From Verrucomicrobiota bacterium (GTDB lineage: Bacteria > Verrucomicrobiota > Verrucomicrobiia > Limisphaerales > UBA11320), in assembly GCA_016199985.1 (NCBI GenBank), contig JACQFQ010000065.1, forward strand, positions 39,482 to 103,481: DNA of 64,000 nt, read 5' to 3'. The position numbers and the translations under genes were made by a program. Under the pieces are notes generated by a model. The model searched no databases. It was not told where the DNA came from and worked only from the letters and a program-made list of their open reading frames with translations. Positions 8,232 to 18,941 of this stretch are shown in pieces; the stretch's first letter is position 1, and every line of letters begins with the position of its first letter.

Positions 8232-9359
8232 CTAAAGTTCGTAGGCGATCAAGACGCACTCAATAAAGGCAATGGCGGCTCCGGTCGATCGGACGACCGC
8301 GCGCAGTTTGTATGTGTGCGTTCCCTTTCCCGGAAAATCGATGAAGGAGAATGCCGAGGGAGGATACTGGATGTTGCCCACCGGGTTGTCGTCTCTTCCG
8401 GCGTACATCGACGTCAGATCCTCCCCGTCCCGAGAAAAAACAAAGCGCCCAATGGGAAAGTCCCCGTTCGACGAGTAGAGATCGACCGCCGACTCCTTCG
8501 CCTTGGGTGGAGAGCCCAGTGTCACGATCACCGGCCGGCCGGTTGTTGTGATCGTCACGTGCAAGTTGGTCACGTCGCTGAGGGTCGTGGCCCCAAAATC
8601 GCCCATAGGGTAGGGGCCAGTGGAGGCGGACATGGCGACGCCCCCCGGAAGATCACTGTTCAGCGGGCGGGGCGCGAGCTTCTCAAAAGTCACCGCGTTC
8701 GCGGCCAGTTGCGCTCCTCCAATGGCGGAGTCCGCGACCTGGTTTGAAGAGATCGTGCGCGCCGCGATCAGGCCGGCGTGTATCTGCAGCGGAGCAATCT
8801 GATTGGAGGTGACGGCGCCATTGGCGATTTGACTGGATGTGATGCTGTTTGTTTGGATCCTCGAGCCGTCCAATCGTCCTCGGGAAGGATCATTCACGCC
8901 AAAGACTGAGCTCCAATCGTAGCCGGCGAGCTTGCGGCTATCCGAGGATTCCTTGGCGAAAACCACGGGAAGAATCGCCTGACGGGGCGACATCGGAGGA
9001 TCGGAAGCGTCGATCACGTTGTCCGGTCCGCCTCCGGGGCCGCCGACGTCAACGGTGATCTCCAGGTAAAGCGGCTGGTCGAAGTCAAAATCAAGAGGAT
9101 TCTTCGAGCCGAGAAGCACGTTCACCAGCCCGCCGTTTATGGTCGTCCGATGCACTTCGCCCGACCACACCGGACTTCCACCGGCGGGCGCGCCAAAAAT
9201 CTTGAATTGCGCCAACCGCGGCCCGTCGCTCACCGCGCGGCCTGAGGGATCGACGAGTCGACCTTGAAAAGGAAGCAGCCGGGGAGCCGCCTGCGCCGAC
9301 GAACGCGATGGGCAAAGACAACATGCCGCAAACGCCGCGAAGAGTAGATAGTTTTTCAT
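8232..9359 (-). CDS. Secreted cell-surface protein with I-x-x-G-A-V-T-x-x-x-I type repeats (tail-fibre-like); function unknown
   Basis: Signal peptide MKNYLLFAAFAACCLCPSRSSAQA. N-terminal LPFQGRLVDPSGRAV...VWSGEVH...GLVNVLLGS pattern. Repeats SITSSQIANGAVTSNQIAPLQI / ISSNQVADSAIGGAQLAANAVTFEKLA. Confidence 0.6.
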   Translation of the reverse strand: MKNYLLFAAFAACCLCPSRSSAQAAPRLLPFQGRLVDPSGRAVSDGPRLAQFKIFGAPAGGSPVWSGEVHRTTINGGLVNVLLGSKNPLDFDFDQPLYLEITVDVGGPGGGPDNVIDASDPPMSPRQAILPVVFAKESSDSRKLAGYDWSSVFGVNDPSRGRLDGSRIQTNSITSSQIANGAVTSNQIAPLQIHAGLIAARTISSNQVADSAIGGAQLAANAVTFEKLAPRPLNSDLPGGVAMSASTGPYPMGDFGATTLSDVTNLHVTITTTGRPVIVTLGSPPKAKESAVDLYSSNGDFPIGRFVFSRDGEDLTSMYAGRDDNPVGNIQYPPSAFSFIDFPGKGTHTYKLRAVVRSTGAAIAFIECVLIAYEL

Positions 9360-9658
9360 GATGAACGAGCCGACGAGTTCACGCCTCCCTGCGCGCCGCG
9401 CTCTAGGACGCCGAGGCTCGCCTCAAGCGGGCATGCAGGTCGAGAAAGATCCTGAGACCGGTCGAGGAAAAGTCAGACGGCGGCCGAACGGATCGACGCT
9501 CCCATCTCTCCTAAGGAAGGGTTCGAATACGGTCAGTTTGTGAGGGTGGACCTTGACCTGGCAAGTTTCGCCCTGCCGTTCATGACTGAATCGCGAGCGG
9601 AGCGCGGCTTGAGACTTCGCGAACGAAGGGCAACCTGGGTCGTCGCCAGACTCGCCGA

Positions 9659-12445
9659 TCAAGTCAGGACGAAACCGCCCACGGATTCGCGCAGCCGCGC
9701 TTCGATGAATTGCTGACGGTGCAGAGACGTGATCTTCCCTCCGTCGCTGTCCATCACATAGAAGCTGTCCAAGGCCGCCCCGTGCTCCGTGATGATCTTC
9801 GCGAGCTGAATATCCAGGCGAAGCTCGGCGAAGACCTCCGCGATCTCGTAGAGCAGGCCGAGGCGATCCTCCGTCTCGATGTCGATGACGGTGCTGTCCT
9901 CGGAGGTGGCATTGTCGAATCGGATCGCGGTCGGCAGCGCCTGCCCCTCCAACCAGGCTCGCTCCAGCCTCTTCGTTGAGGACGAAGGCCGCAGCAGCGC
10001 CTGACGAAAGTCGACCTTCTCCCCGCTCAACGCGCGCAGCAGCAGCTCTTCAAACCGCTGCCGCTCCTCCTTCGTCACCGCGGTCCCCGTGCGTCCGCTC
10101 GTGCTTTCGAAGGAATCCAGGGCCAGGCCGTCGGCCCGGCTGAAAATCTGGGCGCTCAGGATGTTGATCCCCGCGGCCGCGAAGGAGCCGGCGATGCGGC
10201 TGAACAGCCCGGGCCGATCCCATGTGCATGCTCGCAGCCGGGTCAACCCGCGGTCCGGCTCGTTGTGCCAGTCCAGCACGGGCTCCAGCGCCTCCTGGCC
10301 CGCCTCCACCTGCTTGTGCATGAAGCGATGGCTGAGGGTGACGTCGACCGCGATCTGCCGAGCCTGGTAGATGCGGAAGTACCGCCGGGGGAGGTTCTCA
10401 AAATGCGCGCCCACCTCCTCGGGACCGATCGTGCGGGGCAGCATCCTTTGGACCTCCTCTCGCAGGAGCTCCCGCTCGCGCGCCTCCGCCATAAGAAACT
10501 CCGTCTTCCCGGACAGCTGCGTCAGGGCCTTGTTGTGCAGCGTCCAGAGCAACGAGTCCTTGAATCCGTTCCAGAGCCGATCGCTGGTGGCCAGCGAGTC
10601 GACGTAGGTGTGCAACGTGAGGAGGGACAGATGCTCCGCCGACTGCACCACGCCGGCGAAATGGCGCACGACCGCGGGATCCTCCAGGTCGCGGCGCTGG
10701 GACACGACGGCCATCGTGAGGTGTTGCTCGATCAGCAGCCGGAGAGTGTGGGTGAGCGCCCCATCGAGTTCCAGCCGCCGCGCCACGCGCTCGGCCAGCT
10801 TGCTGCCCGAGTCGGAGTGGTTGCCGTCGTGCTCCACCTTGCCCGCGTCATGGAGCAGCAGGGCCAGATACAGCAGATAGGGCTTGTCCAACCCGTGGAG
10901 CAGCTCGGAGTAGGGCTCCTCGATGGGAGCGCTCGGCTTCCACAGGGCGTCCAGCTTCTCGAGGCACATGAGCGTGTGCTCATCCGTGGTGTATTGATGG
11001 AAAAACTCGTGCTGCACCAAATTCGTCAGCCGTCCGAACTCCGGAATGTACTTTCCCAGCAGCCCCGTCTCGTGCATGGCCCGCAGAATGGGGGCGACGC
11101 TGCCCGGATGATTGATGATCTCCAGAAAGCTTTCCCGAACATGGGCGTCCTTGAGGAACGAGCGATCCACGAGGCGAAGATTGTTGCGGATGAGCTGGCT
11201 GAGATCGGGATGGATCTTGAGGCCTCGCTGCTGCGCATGAAGGAACGCGCGCATGAGCCGGCGCGGCTGATCGTTGAAAATGCGCGCCCCGCTGGCGCGG
11301 ATCGTGTCCTGATCGAAACGGAAACCGTCGACGGTCGCGTCTTCATCCGGCTTGCGTTTGAGGGGCAGGAGGCTGCGCAGCGAGATCATGCGCCGGGGCT
11401 TGGGGAGCAGCGCGAGGCGATCCTCCACGTTCCGGGTGATCACGGAGATATTCCGCGAGTGGGTGTAGTAATCCCCCATGAACCTTTCGATGCGCTGGCT
11501 CGGCGAACGATCGGTGTACCCGAGGTGCGTGGCGATCGCCGGCTGAACAGCGCGGGTCAGGGAGTCCTGCGCCCGGTTCACATGGTAGTGGAGGTCCGTC
11601 CGCACCCGGAGGAGGAAATCGTATCCCGTCTCGAGTTGACGCCGCTCCATCTCGGAGATCATGCCCTTCTGCTCCAGCTCCACCAGGGATCGGGTGCCGT
11701 GCTTGAAAAACGCCATCCATCGCAGGTTCTGGAAATCGCGCAGCCCGCCGCTGCCGTTCTTGATGTTGGGCTCCTGCATCGTCGCGGAGTTCCCGTGCCG
11801 GGAGCGACGGCTGTTCTGATCTTCGAGACGGAGGGCGATGTACTCTTGCTCGTGCCCCGCCACGCATTTGACGAGCACCGTGCGCTGATACTTTCTGAAC
11901 AGCTCCTCGTCGCCGATCAACAACCGCGATTCGATCAGCGACGTCTTCGACATCATGTTGGCGTTGGCCACCTGCACGCAGTCGTTGATGTCACGGACCG
12001 AATGCCCCACCTTCAGCCCCAGATTGAAGAGCGGCAACAGCACCCCGTCGAAAAACTTGGAGAGATGAGGGAGCGGCTTGCTCCCGGCCGCCACCTGGCC
12101 GGAGTGAAGCACCATGATGTCGATATCGCTGTGAGGATTGAGCTCCTGCCGTCCGTAACCGCCGATGGCGACCAGAGCGAGCGGTGGAAACTCCCGCTGC
12201 GCCTGGGGGGAAAGCGTGTTGCGCGTTGCGATCCAGAGATGCCTCAGGACTTCATCGAGCACACAGGCGCGCGCCTCGCAAATCTCCAGCCCGCCCCCTC
12301 CCGACCGATGACGGATCCGCAAGCGGGCCGTTTCCACCTTCAGGAAATTCTTGAATCGCTGCTCCTCGTCGGCCACGGAGGCGCCCGGAGGCAGCTTCAG
12401 CTTCTCGGCGGCGCGCGCGCGGATCGACTCGCTCAAACTCTGCAT
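9659..12445 (-). CDS. glnD: [Protein-PII] uridylyltransferase / uridylyl-removing enzyme
   Basis: Nucleotidyltransferase motif AIGGYGRQELNPHSDIDIMVLH, HD domain LLLHDAGK, and two C-terminal ACT-like segments. The 928-aa length is typical. Confidence 0.93.
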   Translation of the reverse strand: MQSLSESIRARAAEKLKLPPGASVADEEQRFKNFLKVETARLRIRHRSGGGGLEICEARACVLDEVLRHLWIATRNTLSPQAQREFPPLALVAIGGYGRQELNPHSDIDIMVLHSGQVAAGSKPLPHLSKFFDGVLLPLFNLGLKVGHSVRDINDCVQVANANMMSKTSLIESRLLIGDEELFRKYQRTVLVKCVAGHEQEYIALRLEDQNSRRSRHGNSATMQEPNIKNGSGGLRDFQNLRWMAFFKHGTRSLVELEQKGMISEMERRQLETGYDFLLRVRTDLHYHVNRAQDSLTRAVQPAIATHLGYTDRSPSQRIERFMGDYYTHSRNISVITRNVEDRLALLPKPRRMISLRSLLPLKRKPDEDATVDGFRFDQDTIRASGARIFNDQPRRLMRAFLHAQQRGLKIHPDLSQLIRNNLRLVDRSFLKDAHVRESFLEIINHPGSVAPILRAMHETGLLGKYIPEFGRLTNLVQHEFFHQYTTDEHTLMCLEKLDALWKPSAPIEEPYSELLHGLDKPYLLYLALLLHDAGKVEHDGNHSDSGSKLAERVARRLELDGALTHTLRLLIEQHLTMAVVSQRRDLEDPAVVRHFAGVVQSAEHLSLLTLHTYVDSLATSDRLWNGFKDSLLWTLHNKALTQLSGKTEFLMAEARERELLREEVQRMLPRTIGPEEVGAHFENLPRRYFRIYQARQIAVDVTLSHRFMHKQVEAGQEALEPVLDWHNEPDRGLTRLRACTWDRPGLFSRIAGSFAAAGINILSAQIFSRADGLALDSFESTSGRTGTAVTKEERQRFEELLLRALSGEKVDFRQALLRPSSSTKRLERAWLEGQALPTAIRFDNATSEDSTVIDIETEDRLGLLYEIAEVFAELRLDIQLAKIITEHGAALDSFYVMDSDGGKITSLHRQQFIEARLRESVGGFVLT

Positions 12446-12600
12446 GAACGGACGCTACCAACATCCCCGCGCGCGGTCACATTCTTTTCCCCCCGGGAGC
12501 AAAGCCCGCGAGCGCGGACCGCTCACGCTCGAACGCGAGATCCCGATCGCCGACCACGGATCTTTCAAGGGCCTCGGGGTTTTGCGGCGCGCAGTCGGGC

Positions 12601-15408
12601 CTAGGGACGCCGCGCGAGCCGAAAGAATCTCTGCGAGAGGGAGGCGGTCGCGTCGGGGATTCGATAAGGGGATGCCGGGTCGCCGGAAACGTCGCGCCAC
12701 GATATGGCGTCGGCAAGGGCGGAGGACTCCTGCAAGCGCCACGGTCCGCTCTCCCAATGCACCCACAAGTCGCGGCCTGTCCAGGTGGCGCGGAGCGGCG
12801 GATCGACGGGGGTCTCGCTCCCCACAAAAAGAGCGCATCCGAACGTGATGTCCGCGCTGCCCGCGGCGTAGTTGTGGACCTCGACCGCAAGCACATTCTC
12901 GCCCGACCTCAAAGCCGCCGCTCCACCTCCTACCACAATAAAGCCGACCGGGCAGGTCGCGTCCCCTCCACAAGTGTACGCGGAGGCCTGGGTCGCGTTG
13001 GTGATCACCGCGGGAGCCGCGGCCATGTTCTCACGATGGATCTCGGTTCCGTTCAAATAGAACACAGCGCCGTCATCGAGATAGTTGCTGAAAACCAAGG
13101 ACGCTCCCGCCGGGTCGCCGTCAAAGGCGAAGCGAGTTCGCATGTAATAGGTGATGAAGGGCAGTTTGTCCTTCGAGTTTGCGGGCATCTCGGTGCGCCG
13201 AGGGCCCACGGCGGGAAGCGGACCGCCCGGTCGGGTATCCACCCACAGAAGGCCAGGACCGGAGGGCCAAGCGTCATCGTTGAAGGCGATCGTTTGCCAC
13301 GCCTGGCCATCCAGGTTCGCGGCGGAGTACTTCCACACCTGCGGAAGGTCGAAAATCAGGATCGGGTCGGGCGAGGGGCTTGTTGTGAAGCCCACGTAGT
13401 CAGGGGGAGCGACCCCGCAAGGGAAGCGCCTCACTTGGCCCAGAGACTCCGACACGATCTGACACACGTAGTGGGTGCGCAACGACAAGCCCGGCAACTC
13501 CACCGCGTGCTCGGTTGTGGGGGCGATCTCGCTGGCCGAGAAGGATCCCAGATCGCTCCCCTTCCCGAACGCCACGTAGCCGGTCGAGGGGGTCGTGGTT
13601 CGCCAAAACACAGTCGCCGATGTTCCGAAGGATTCCACGTGAACGTTCGAAATAAAACCATCCGCGTAGGGCAAGGGCGTCAGCTTGACGACGTCGGCGA
13701 TCAGATTGCGGACTTCCTCGCCGGAGGATTCCGCCACCACTTCAACGAACGTTTCCGCGCCCGCCTCCAGGTTCGTGTCAGCGAGAAGGACCCACTGGTT
13801 GGGGGGGAGGGGCGACGACAAATCGAGCGCCGCCAGGATCTTCCCGGCGCTCTGGAGCGTGTAGCGCAGGTGCGGCGGCGCGTTCGTCGTCTCCGGGGCT
13901 TGGATCCAGACGCTGTAAGGTCTCGAATCGCCGACGGGCAGAGCCCATCGCGCCTGCGCGGTCGCGCCCGCCCCGATCGTCGCTTGGCGGGAGTTGAGGC
14001 CCCAGCTCGCCGCGGCGTGATTGGTCCACGTTCCCGCGATCTCCGTGTAGCCGGGATCCTCGTTGTCGACGTACACGTCATCGGGAACATACCGCAGGAT
14101 GCGGGTGGCGAGATTGCCGGACGGATCCGTGACCGCGATCCCCACTTTCGCGATTTGGTCGCGTCGCCCCGGAAGCGTGATGCGCCACTTTCCCGGACCC
14201 GCCGGCTCGGGCTTCAACAGGCGATAGTGCTGACACAGATCCTTGAACGCCACTACGGGCTGCGGCTGAAAGATCGGCTCGTTGACTTCGAGGGCGAGAG
14301 TCAGGCGGTCGCCCTCGGGAATCTCCTCGACGTCGAGTCGCGGCGGGGTGAAATCGGCCGTCTTCATCCATCGCTGCATCGCCTCCACCGCCGTGCAGTA
14401 GCGGAACTGGACCGTGGGATAGTTCGTCGCGGCGATATGCGCCATGCCATCGACCTTGACGATGTCGTCCAGGAAATTGGACTCGGGCAGGTGCGCCCAG
14501 AAGCAGGCCACCTGATCGATCCCCTTCTCCGCTTCGGCGAAAGTCGCGTTCACGACCTTCTGGGTCAGGGCCGTCATCTTCACGGATCGAACATTCCATC
14601 CAGATCCGTCCCCAGGCGTTTGATAGTTGGTCGTCGAAGGATGGAAGGGAACGAAAGTCGTCGGCGCCTTCGACCAATCATAATTGTTCTCAAGAGGCTC
14701 GGTGGAGTCGGAGCTCTTGATCGGGGAGGCGCAATGGAGGCTGAAGGGCAGGAGCTCGTTCAGCCGGCGCTGCCAGTCATTGTCCATGAAGTGCCAGCCG
14801 CTGCGGAACGAGACAGGGAACAGATCCTCCTCCAGGAAGCTCTGGGCCAGCGCCACGTCGAAGTCGTCCGAGCACTCGAGAAAAGTCTTCGCCTCGTTCC
14901 ACCAGAATTTCCCGTCGCGGTTGTAGTCGCTCCAGAAGAAGGTGTGGTAGTGGGTCGCCTGCTCGTCTCCGAGCGCCCTCATGCTTTCCCCGTGGCGCTT
15001 CCTGAGCAGGTAAAGAGGCATGAGATTCGCGATGGGAGCGTCGGTGTTGTCGGCGGGACGGTTCAAACCGCCCACCAGCGACCACCAGGTCAGCCGGATC
15101 GGAGAGCCGAACGAGTCCACGAAACGCGCGCGGAAGGCGGGATCCATGACCTTGTAGCCGTTCTGCGTCGGCGAGGTGTAGAGGTCCGGCTTGAAATGGC
15201 AGTGATAGCGGGTGAGGTCGAGGCCATCCCAGATCGCCGTGTCGGAACCCACGACCAGATAGACCTTCCCGGGAGGCGTCGCCGCGACGCCCGCCAATGC
15301 CAACGCGAACACCATGGCGAGGGGAAGACCGATCGATCCAGCCCGAGAGGCCATGAGCAGAATCACCCGAAGGGCGAAAGCGACGGATTGTTGCGGGGCG
15401 AGGCGCAC
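12601..15408 (-). CDS. Large secreted multidomain protein (FN3-like and jelly-roll-like modules), function unknown
   Basis: Hydrophobic signal LPLAMVFALALAGVAA. The track start is GTG at 15408; an alternative ATG at 15354 gives MASRAGSIGLPLAMVF. The coding periodicity is clearly better than the antisense ORF 12757-15435. The protein ends ...SLSQRFFRLARRP. Confidence 0.7.
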   Translation of the reverse strand: MRLAPQQSVAFALRVILLMASRAGSIGLPLAMVFALALAGVAATPPGKVYLVVGSDTAIWDGLDLTRYHCHFKPDLYTSPTQNGYKVMDPAFRARFVDSFGSPIRLTWWSLVGGLNRPADNTDAPIANLMPLYLLRKRHGESMRALGDEQATHYHTFFWSDYNRDGKFWWNEAKTFLECSDDFDVALAQSFLEEDLFPVSFRSGWHFMDNDWQRRLNELLPFSLHCASPIKSSDSTEPLENNYDWSKAPTTFVPFHPSTTNYQTPGDGSGWNVRSVKMTALTQKVVNATFAEAEKGIDQVACFWAHLPESNFLDDIVKVDGMAHIAATNYPTVQFRYCTAVEAMQRWMKTADFTPPRLDVEEIPEGDRLTLALEVNEPIFQPQPVVAFKDLCQHYRLLKPEPAGPGKWRITLPGRRDQIAKVGIAVTDPSGNLATRILRYVPDDVYVDNEDPGYTEIAGTWTNHAAASWGLNSRQATIGAGATAQARWALPVGDSRPYSVWIQAPETTNAPPHLRYTLQSAGKILAALDLSSPLPPNQWVLLADTNLEAGAETFVEVVAESSGEEVRNLIADVVKLTPLPYADGFISNVHVESFGTSATVFWRTTTPSTGYVAFGKGSDLGSFSASEIAPTTEHAVELPGLSLRTHYVCQIVSESLGQVRRFPCGVAPPDYVGFTTSPSPDPILIFDLPQVWKYSAANLDGQAWQTIAFNDDAWPSGPGLLWVDTRPGGPLPAVGPRRTEMPANSKDKLPFITYYMRTRFAFDGDPAGASLVFSNYLDDGAVFYLNGTEIHRENMAAAPAVITNATQASAYTCGGDATCPVGFIVVGGGAAALRSGENVLAVEVHNYAAGSADITFGCALFVGSETPVDPPLRATWTGRDLWVHWESGPWRLQESSALADAISWRDVSGDPASPYRIPDATASLSQRFFRLARRP

Positions 15409-15554
15409 GAAGTGTTGGTGGCGACCGCAATGTAGGAGCGAAGCCGGCTAAACGCAAGCCGCCGTGATAGCGCATCCACCGGACGGGTCGCCCCCGGGGC
15501 CGGTCGCGCGAAACGCGACGATCCGCCGACGCCAGACCCGTCAGGAAAGGCTCG

Positions 15555-17186
15555 TCACCCCGCGCGCGGGCCGGAGATGGGCTTGTGGTGGAGGTGCTGG
15601 TGGACGGCGGCGATGAATCCCTTGAACAAGGGATGCGGGCGGTTCGGCTTGCTTTGGAACTCCGGATGAAACTGGCTCGCCATATAGAAGGGATGATCCG
15701 GAAGCTCGATGATCTCCACCAACTTCCCGTCCGGGGATGTGCCACTGAAGACGAATCCGGCCTTCTCGAACTGCTCGCGATAGGCGTTATTGAACTCGTA
15801 GCGATGACGATGTCGCTCCTGGATGAGGAAGGCGCCATAAAGATGCGCGGCTTTCGTGCCGCTCGCGATCTGGCAGGGTTGCGAGCCCAGGCGCATCGTG
15901 CCCCCCTTCCGCACCACGTTCTTCTGCTCGTCCAGAATCGCGATGACCGGATGCGCCGCCGCTTCGTCGAACTCCGTGGAGTGGGCGCCCTTCAAGCCCA
16001 GCACGTTCCGCGCGAATTCAATCGTCGCGATCTGCATGCCCAGGCACAAACCGAGATACGGCAGCTTGTGCTCCCGCGCGTATTGGGCCGCGAGGACCTT
16101 GCCTTCAATGCCCCGCTCGCCAAACCCGCCCGGCACGAGGATCCCGCCAAACCCGCTCAGCATCTTCTCCGCGCCATGCTTCTCGATCTCCTCCGACTCA
16201 ATCTTCTCGATCGTGACGCCGCAATCATTCGCGATGCCCCCATGTATGATCGCCTCGTAAACCGACTTGTACGCGTCGTTCAACTCGATGTATTTCCCCA
16301 CCACGCCGATCCGAACCCGATGCGCCGGGGCGATGAGCTTGCGAATGATGTCCTGCCAGTGGGACATGTTCGCCGGAGGAACCTCCAGATGCAGCAGCTT
16401 GCAAACGAGGTCGTCGAGGCGCTCGCGCTGAAGCATCAGCGGCACCTCGTAGATGGAGTGCTCGACATCCATCTCTTCGATCACGCCCTCGTAGGGCACG
16501 TTGCAAAACAGCGAGATCTTCTGTCGGAGCTCCTTGTTCAAGGGCTGCTCGCATCGGCACACAAGGATGTGCGGCGTGATGCCGATTTCTCGGAGCTTCG
16601 CCACCGACTGCTGGGTGGGCTTGGTCTTGAGCTCTCCCGCCGCCTTGATGAAAGGCACGTAGGTGACGTGAAGAAAAACGACGTTCCCGATGCCGACATC
16701 GAGGGCGAACTCCCGGATCGCCTCGAGAAAGGGCAACCCCTCGATGTCGCCCGTGGTGCCCCCGATCTCCGTGATCACGATGTCGGCCTTCGACACCTGG
16801 CTGATGTCGCGAATCCGCTTCTGAATCTCGTCGGTGACATGCGGAATCACCTGAACGGTCTTGCCGAGGTAGTCGCCGCGCCGCTCCTTGTCCAGGACGG
16901 TTTGATACACCTGTCCGCTGGTCAGGTTGTTGAACCGGGTGAGCTTGGTGTTGGTGAAGCGCTCGTAATGGCCGAGGTCGAGGTCGGTCTCGGCGCCGTC
17001 GTCGAGAACGTAGACCTCGCCGTGCTGATAGGGACTCATGGTCCCGGGATCGAGGTTCATGTAGGGATCGAACTTCTGCAGAGCGACCTTCAGCCCGCGG
17101 TTCTCGAGCAGGGTCCCGAGCGCCGCCGCCGTCAGGCCCTTGCCCAGCGAACTCACCACACCGCCCGTAACAAAAAGATATTTCAT
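15555..17186 (-). CDS. pyrG: CTP synthase
   Basis: [25 protein letters not shown]-terminus. Glutamine amidotransferase half with GLCLGMQ and the HRHRYE motif. Confidence 0.97.
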   Translation of the reverse strand: MKYLFVTGGVVSSLGKGLTAAALGTLLENRGLKVALQKFDPYMNLDPGTMSPYQHGEVYVLDDGAETDLDLGHYERFTNTKLTRFNNLTSGQVYQTVLDKERRGDYLGKTVQVIPHVTDEIQKRIRDISQVSKADIVITEIGGTTGDIEGLPFLEAIREFALDVGIGNVVFLHVTYVPFIKAAGELKTKPTQQSVAKLREIGITPHILVCRCEQPLNKELRQKISLFCNVPYEGVIEEMDVEHSIYEVPLMLQRERLDDLVCKLLHLEVPPANMSHWQDIIRKLIAPAHRVRIGVVGKYIELNDAYKSVYEAIIHGGIANDCGVTIEKIESEEIEKHGAEKMLSGFGGILVPGGFGERGIEGKVLAAQYAREHKLPYLGLCLGMQIATIEFARNVLGLKGAHSTEFDEAAAHPVIAILDEQKNVVRKGGTMRLGSQPCQIASGTKAAHLYGAFLIQERHRHRYEFNNAYREQFEKAGFVFSGTSPDGKLVEIIELPDHPFYMASQFHPEFQSKPNRPHPLFKGFIAAVHQHLHHKPISGPRAG

Positions 17187-17938
17187 CGCAGTTGTCTCGC
17201 AGCCGACTCCAGCATTGATTCCACCCGCCGGACATCCTCCGGCACATCCACGCCCACGCTCTCGTGCTCCACCCGCGCCACCGCGATCCGGATTCCGTTC
17301 TCCAGCGCCCGCAGCTGCTCAAGCTTCTCAGCCTGCTCCAGCGCGGACACCGGGTATTGCACCAGCTTCAGCAGCGCCTCCCGCCGATATCCGTAAATGC
17401 CCAAGTGCTTCAAAAATGGAAACGCCGCCAAATGTTCCTGGGTGGAACGACCGGCGGCATCACGGAGATACGGAATCGTGCGGCGGGAAAAATATAGGGC
17501 TCGGCCCTCCCGGCTGACAACGACTTTCACCACATTCGCGTTGTCGTAATCCTCCAGGCGGGAGATGAGACAGGCCGCGGTGCTCATTTCGGCGTCCGCC
17601 AGCAGCGAGGCCACCTGGTTGATGACGCCCGGATCGATCAGGGGCTCGTCGCCCTGGATGTTCACAGCCGCGTCGCAAGGAACGCGCGAGACCACCTCGG
17701 CGATCCGATCCGTGCCGCTCGGATGCCCCGATGAGGTCATCTCGACGCGGCAAAAGGGAGCGGCGAACGCGCGGATCCGCTCGTCGTCCGTGGCGACGAT
17801 CACCTCCCGCAGCCCTTTCGCCAGCCGACACCGCTCCACCACCCATTGCAGCAAAGGCTTGCCAGCGATGGGAACCAGCGGCTTGCCAGGGAAGCGGGTG
17901 GACGCGTAGCGGGCCGGAATCACTCCGATCACGTGCAT
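17183..17938 (-). CDS. kdsB: 3-deoxy-manno-octulosonate cytidylyltransferase (CMP-KDO synthetase)
   Basis: [19 protein letters not shown]...NIQGDEP motifs. The stop overlaps the pyrG start (ATGA at 17183-17186). Confidence 0.93.
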   Translation of the reverse strand: MHVIGVIPARYASTRFPGKPLVPIAGKPLLQWVVERCRLAKGLREVIVATDDERIRAFAAPFCRVEMTSSGHPSGTDRIAEVVSRVPCDAAVNIQGDEPLIDPGVINQVASLLADAEMSTAACLISRLEDYDNANVVKVVVSREGRALYFSRRTIPYLRDAAGRSTQEHLAAFPFLKHLGIYGYRREALLKLVQYPVSALEQAEKLEQLRALENGIRIAVARVEHESVGVDVPEDVRRVESMLESAARQLR

Positions 17939-18120
17939 CGGTGGGCTGATGTAGGGGAATCAAGCCTCCGGCGCAATCTAAAGTCGGCGAAACCTGGCGG
18001 GCCGTCGGGAGGCTCTCCTCTCTCTGCCGCGGCGTCCAGGAACGCTCTGGGGGAATCGATCGTAGGCGGAATCTGCCCGAAATGCCGCCAAAGGGGCCGC
18101 GGCGGTCGCATGAAACAGCG

Positions 18121-18163
18121 CCTCAGAACACAATCAGGCCGCGTTACAATGAACGCGGCCTGA
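18121..18163 (-). terminator. Putative rho-independent terminator of hsp20
   Basis: Perfect 12-bp stem TCAGGCCGCGTT / AACGCGGCCTGA (18134-18145 / 18152-18163) with a 6-nt loop, 38 nt downstream of the hsp20 stop. On the minus strand it is followed by TTGTGTTCT. Confidence 0.45.
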
Positions 18164-18200
18164 CTCCGAGAGCCCGCCAGCCGGGTCGGCGCATCGACCC

Positions 18201-18671
18201 TTACGCCACGCGGACCTCGACCTGCTTGGGTTTTGCCTTCTCGGCCTTGGCCACCCGGACCCGAAGGATCCCGTCCGTAAACTCGGCGGTCACCTTCTCC
18301 TGGTCGGCGTCGTCGGGCAGCGCAAAGCTGCGCGAGAAGCGCCCGTAGAACCTCTCCACGCGATGGAACCTTCTTCCCTCGTCCTCGCGCTCGAATTTCC
18401 TTTGCCCGTCGACGTGAAGCACCCCGTCCTGAACCTTCACGGTAAGATCCTCCTTCTTCACCTCGGGGGCCTCGACCTTGATGAGGTACTCCTTTTCGTC
18501 CTCGATGACGTCCACAAGCGGAGTCCACGAGGTGGGCTGGAGCTTCTCGTCGGTCGACGCGCGAAGCGGTGTGCTCGTGGAACTCAACCCGAGAGCGCCG
18601 GTGAGATGGTTCTGAAGCGCCTCGAGATCTTTCCACGGGTTCCAGCGGTTTTCATATCGGCTGATCAACAT
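18201..18671 (-). CDS. Hsp20/alpha-crystallin family small heat-shock protein
   Basis: WTPLVDVIEDEKEYLIKVEAPEVKKEDLTVKV...GVLHVDGQRK...FYGRFSRSFALP...DGILRVRV: canonical alpha-crystallin domain. Confidence 0.93.
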   Translation of the reverse strand: MLISRYENRWNPWKDLEALQNHLTGALGLSSTSTPLRASTDEKLQPTSWTPLVDVIEDEKEYLIKVEAPEVKKEDLTVKVQDGVLHVDGQRKFEREDEGRRFHRVERFYGRFSRSFALPDDADQEKVTAEFTDGILRVRVAKAEKAKPKQVEVRVA

Positions 18672-18941
18672 AGTATTGGTTCTTTCTGCACCGCGGTTGT
18701 CGCGAGTTCGAGGAGGAGAGCCGCGATATGTCCCGCCGCCTCGACGTCGAGTCGCCCTCGACGCGAGGCTGTTCTATCACGAAGAGTGCCAACGCTGGCC
18801 CCCAGCGAGAGCCCGTGAACCCGCCAAAAAACTCGAATCCGCGCGCCGCGCGACTCTTGAGAGTGAGACGTCCGCGCAACACCCGCCCGCCACCGGAGAC
18901 ATTCTGTCGCGTTTTTCCATCTCTCTCTCTAGCTTGACCGG

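Noticed and set aside
9505-9540. GGGTTCGAATAC, resembling a tRNA T-loop (GGTTCGAATCC)
   Set aside because: The flanking bases cannot form a T-stem (AAGGG versus ACGGT), and no acceptor or anticodon arms can be drawn. It is not a tRNA.
18921-18930. (CT)5 tract in the hsp20/PPTase spacer, and (CGACT)3-4 at 31713-31736, considered as phase-variation repeats or CRISPR-like repeats
   Set aside because: They are far too short and lack spacer architecture, so they are not CRISPR. The copy number is too low to argue for slipped-strand phase variation without population data.
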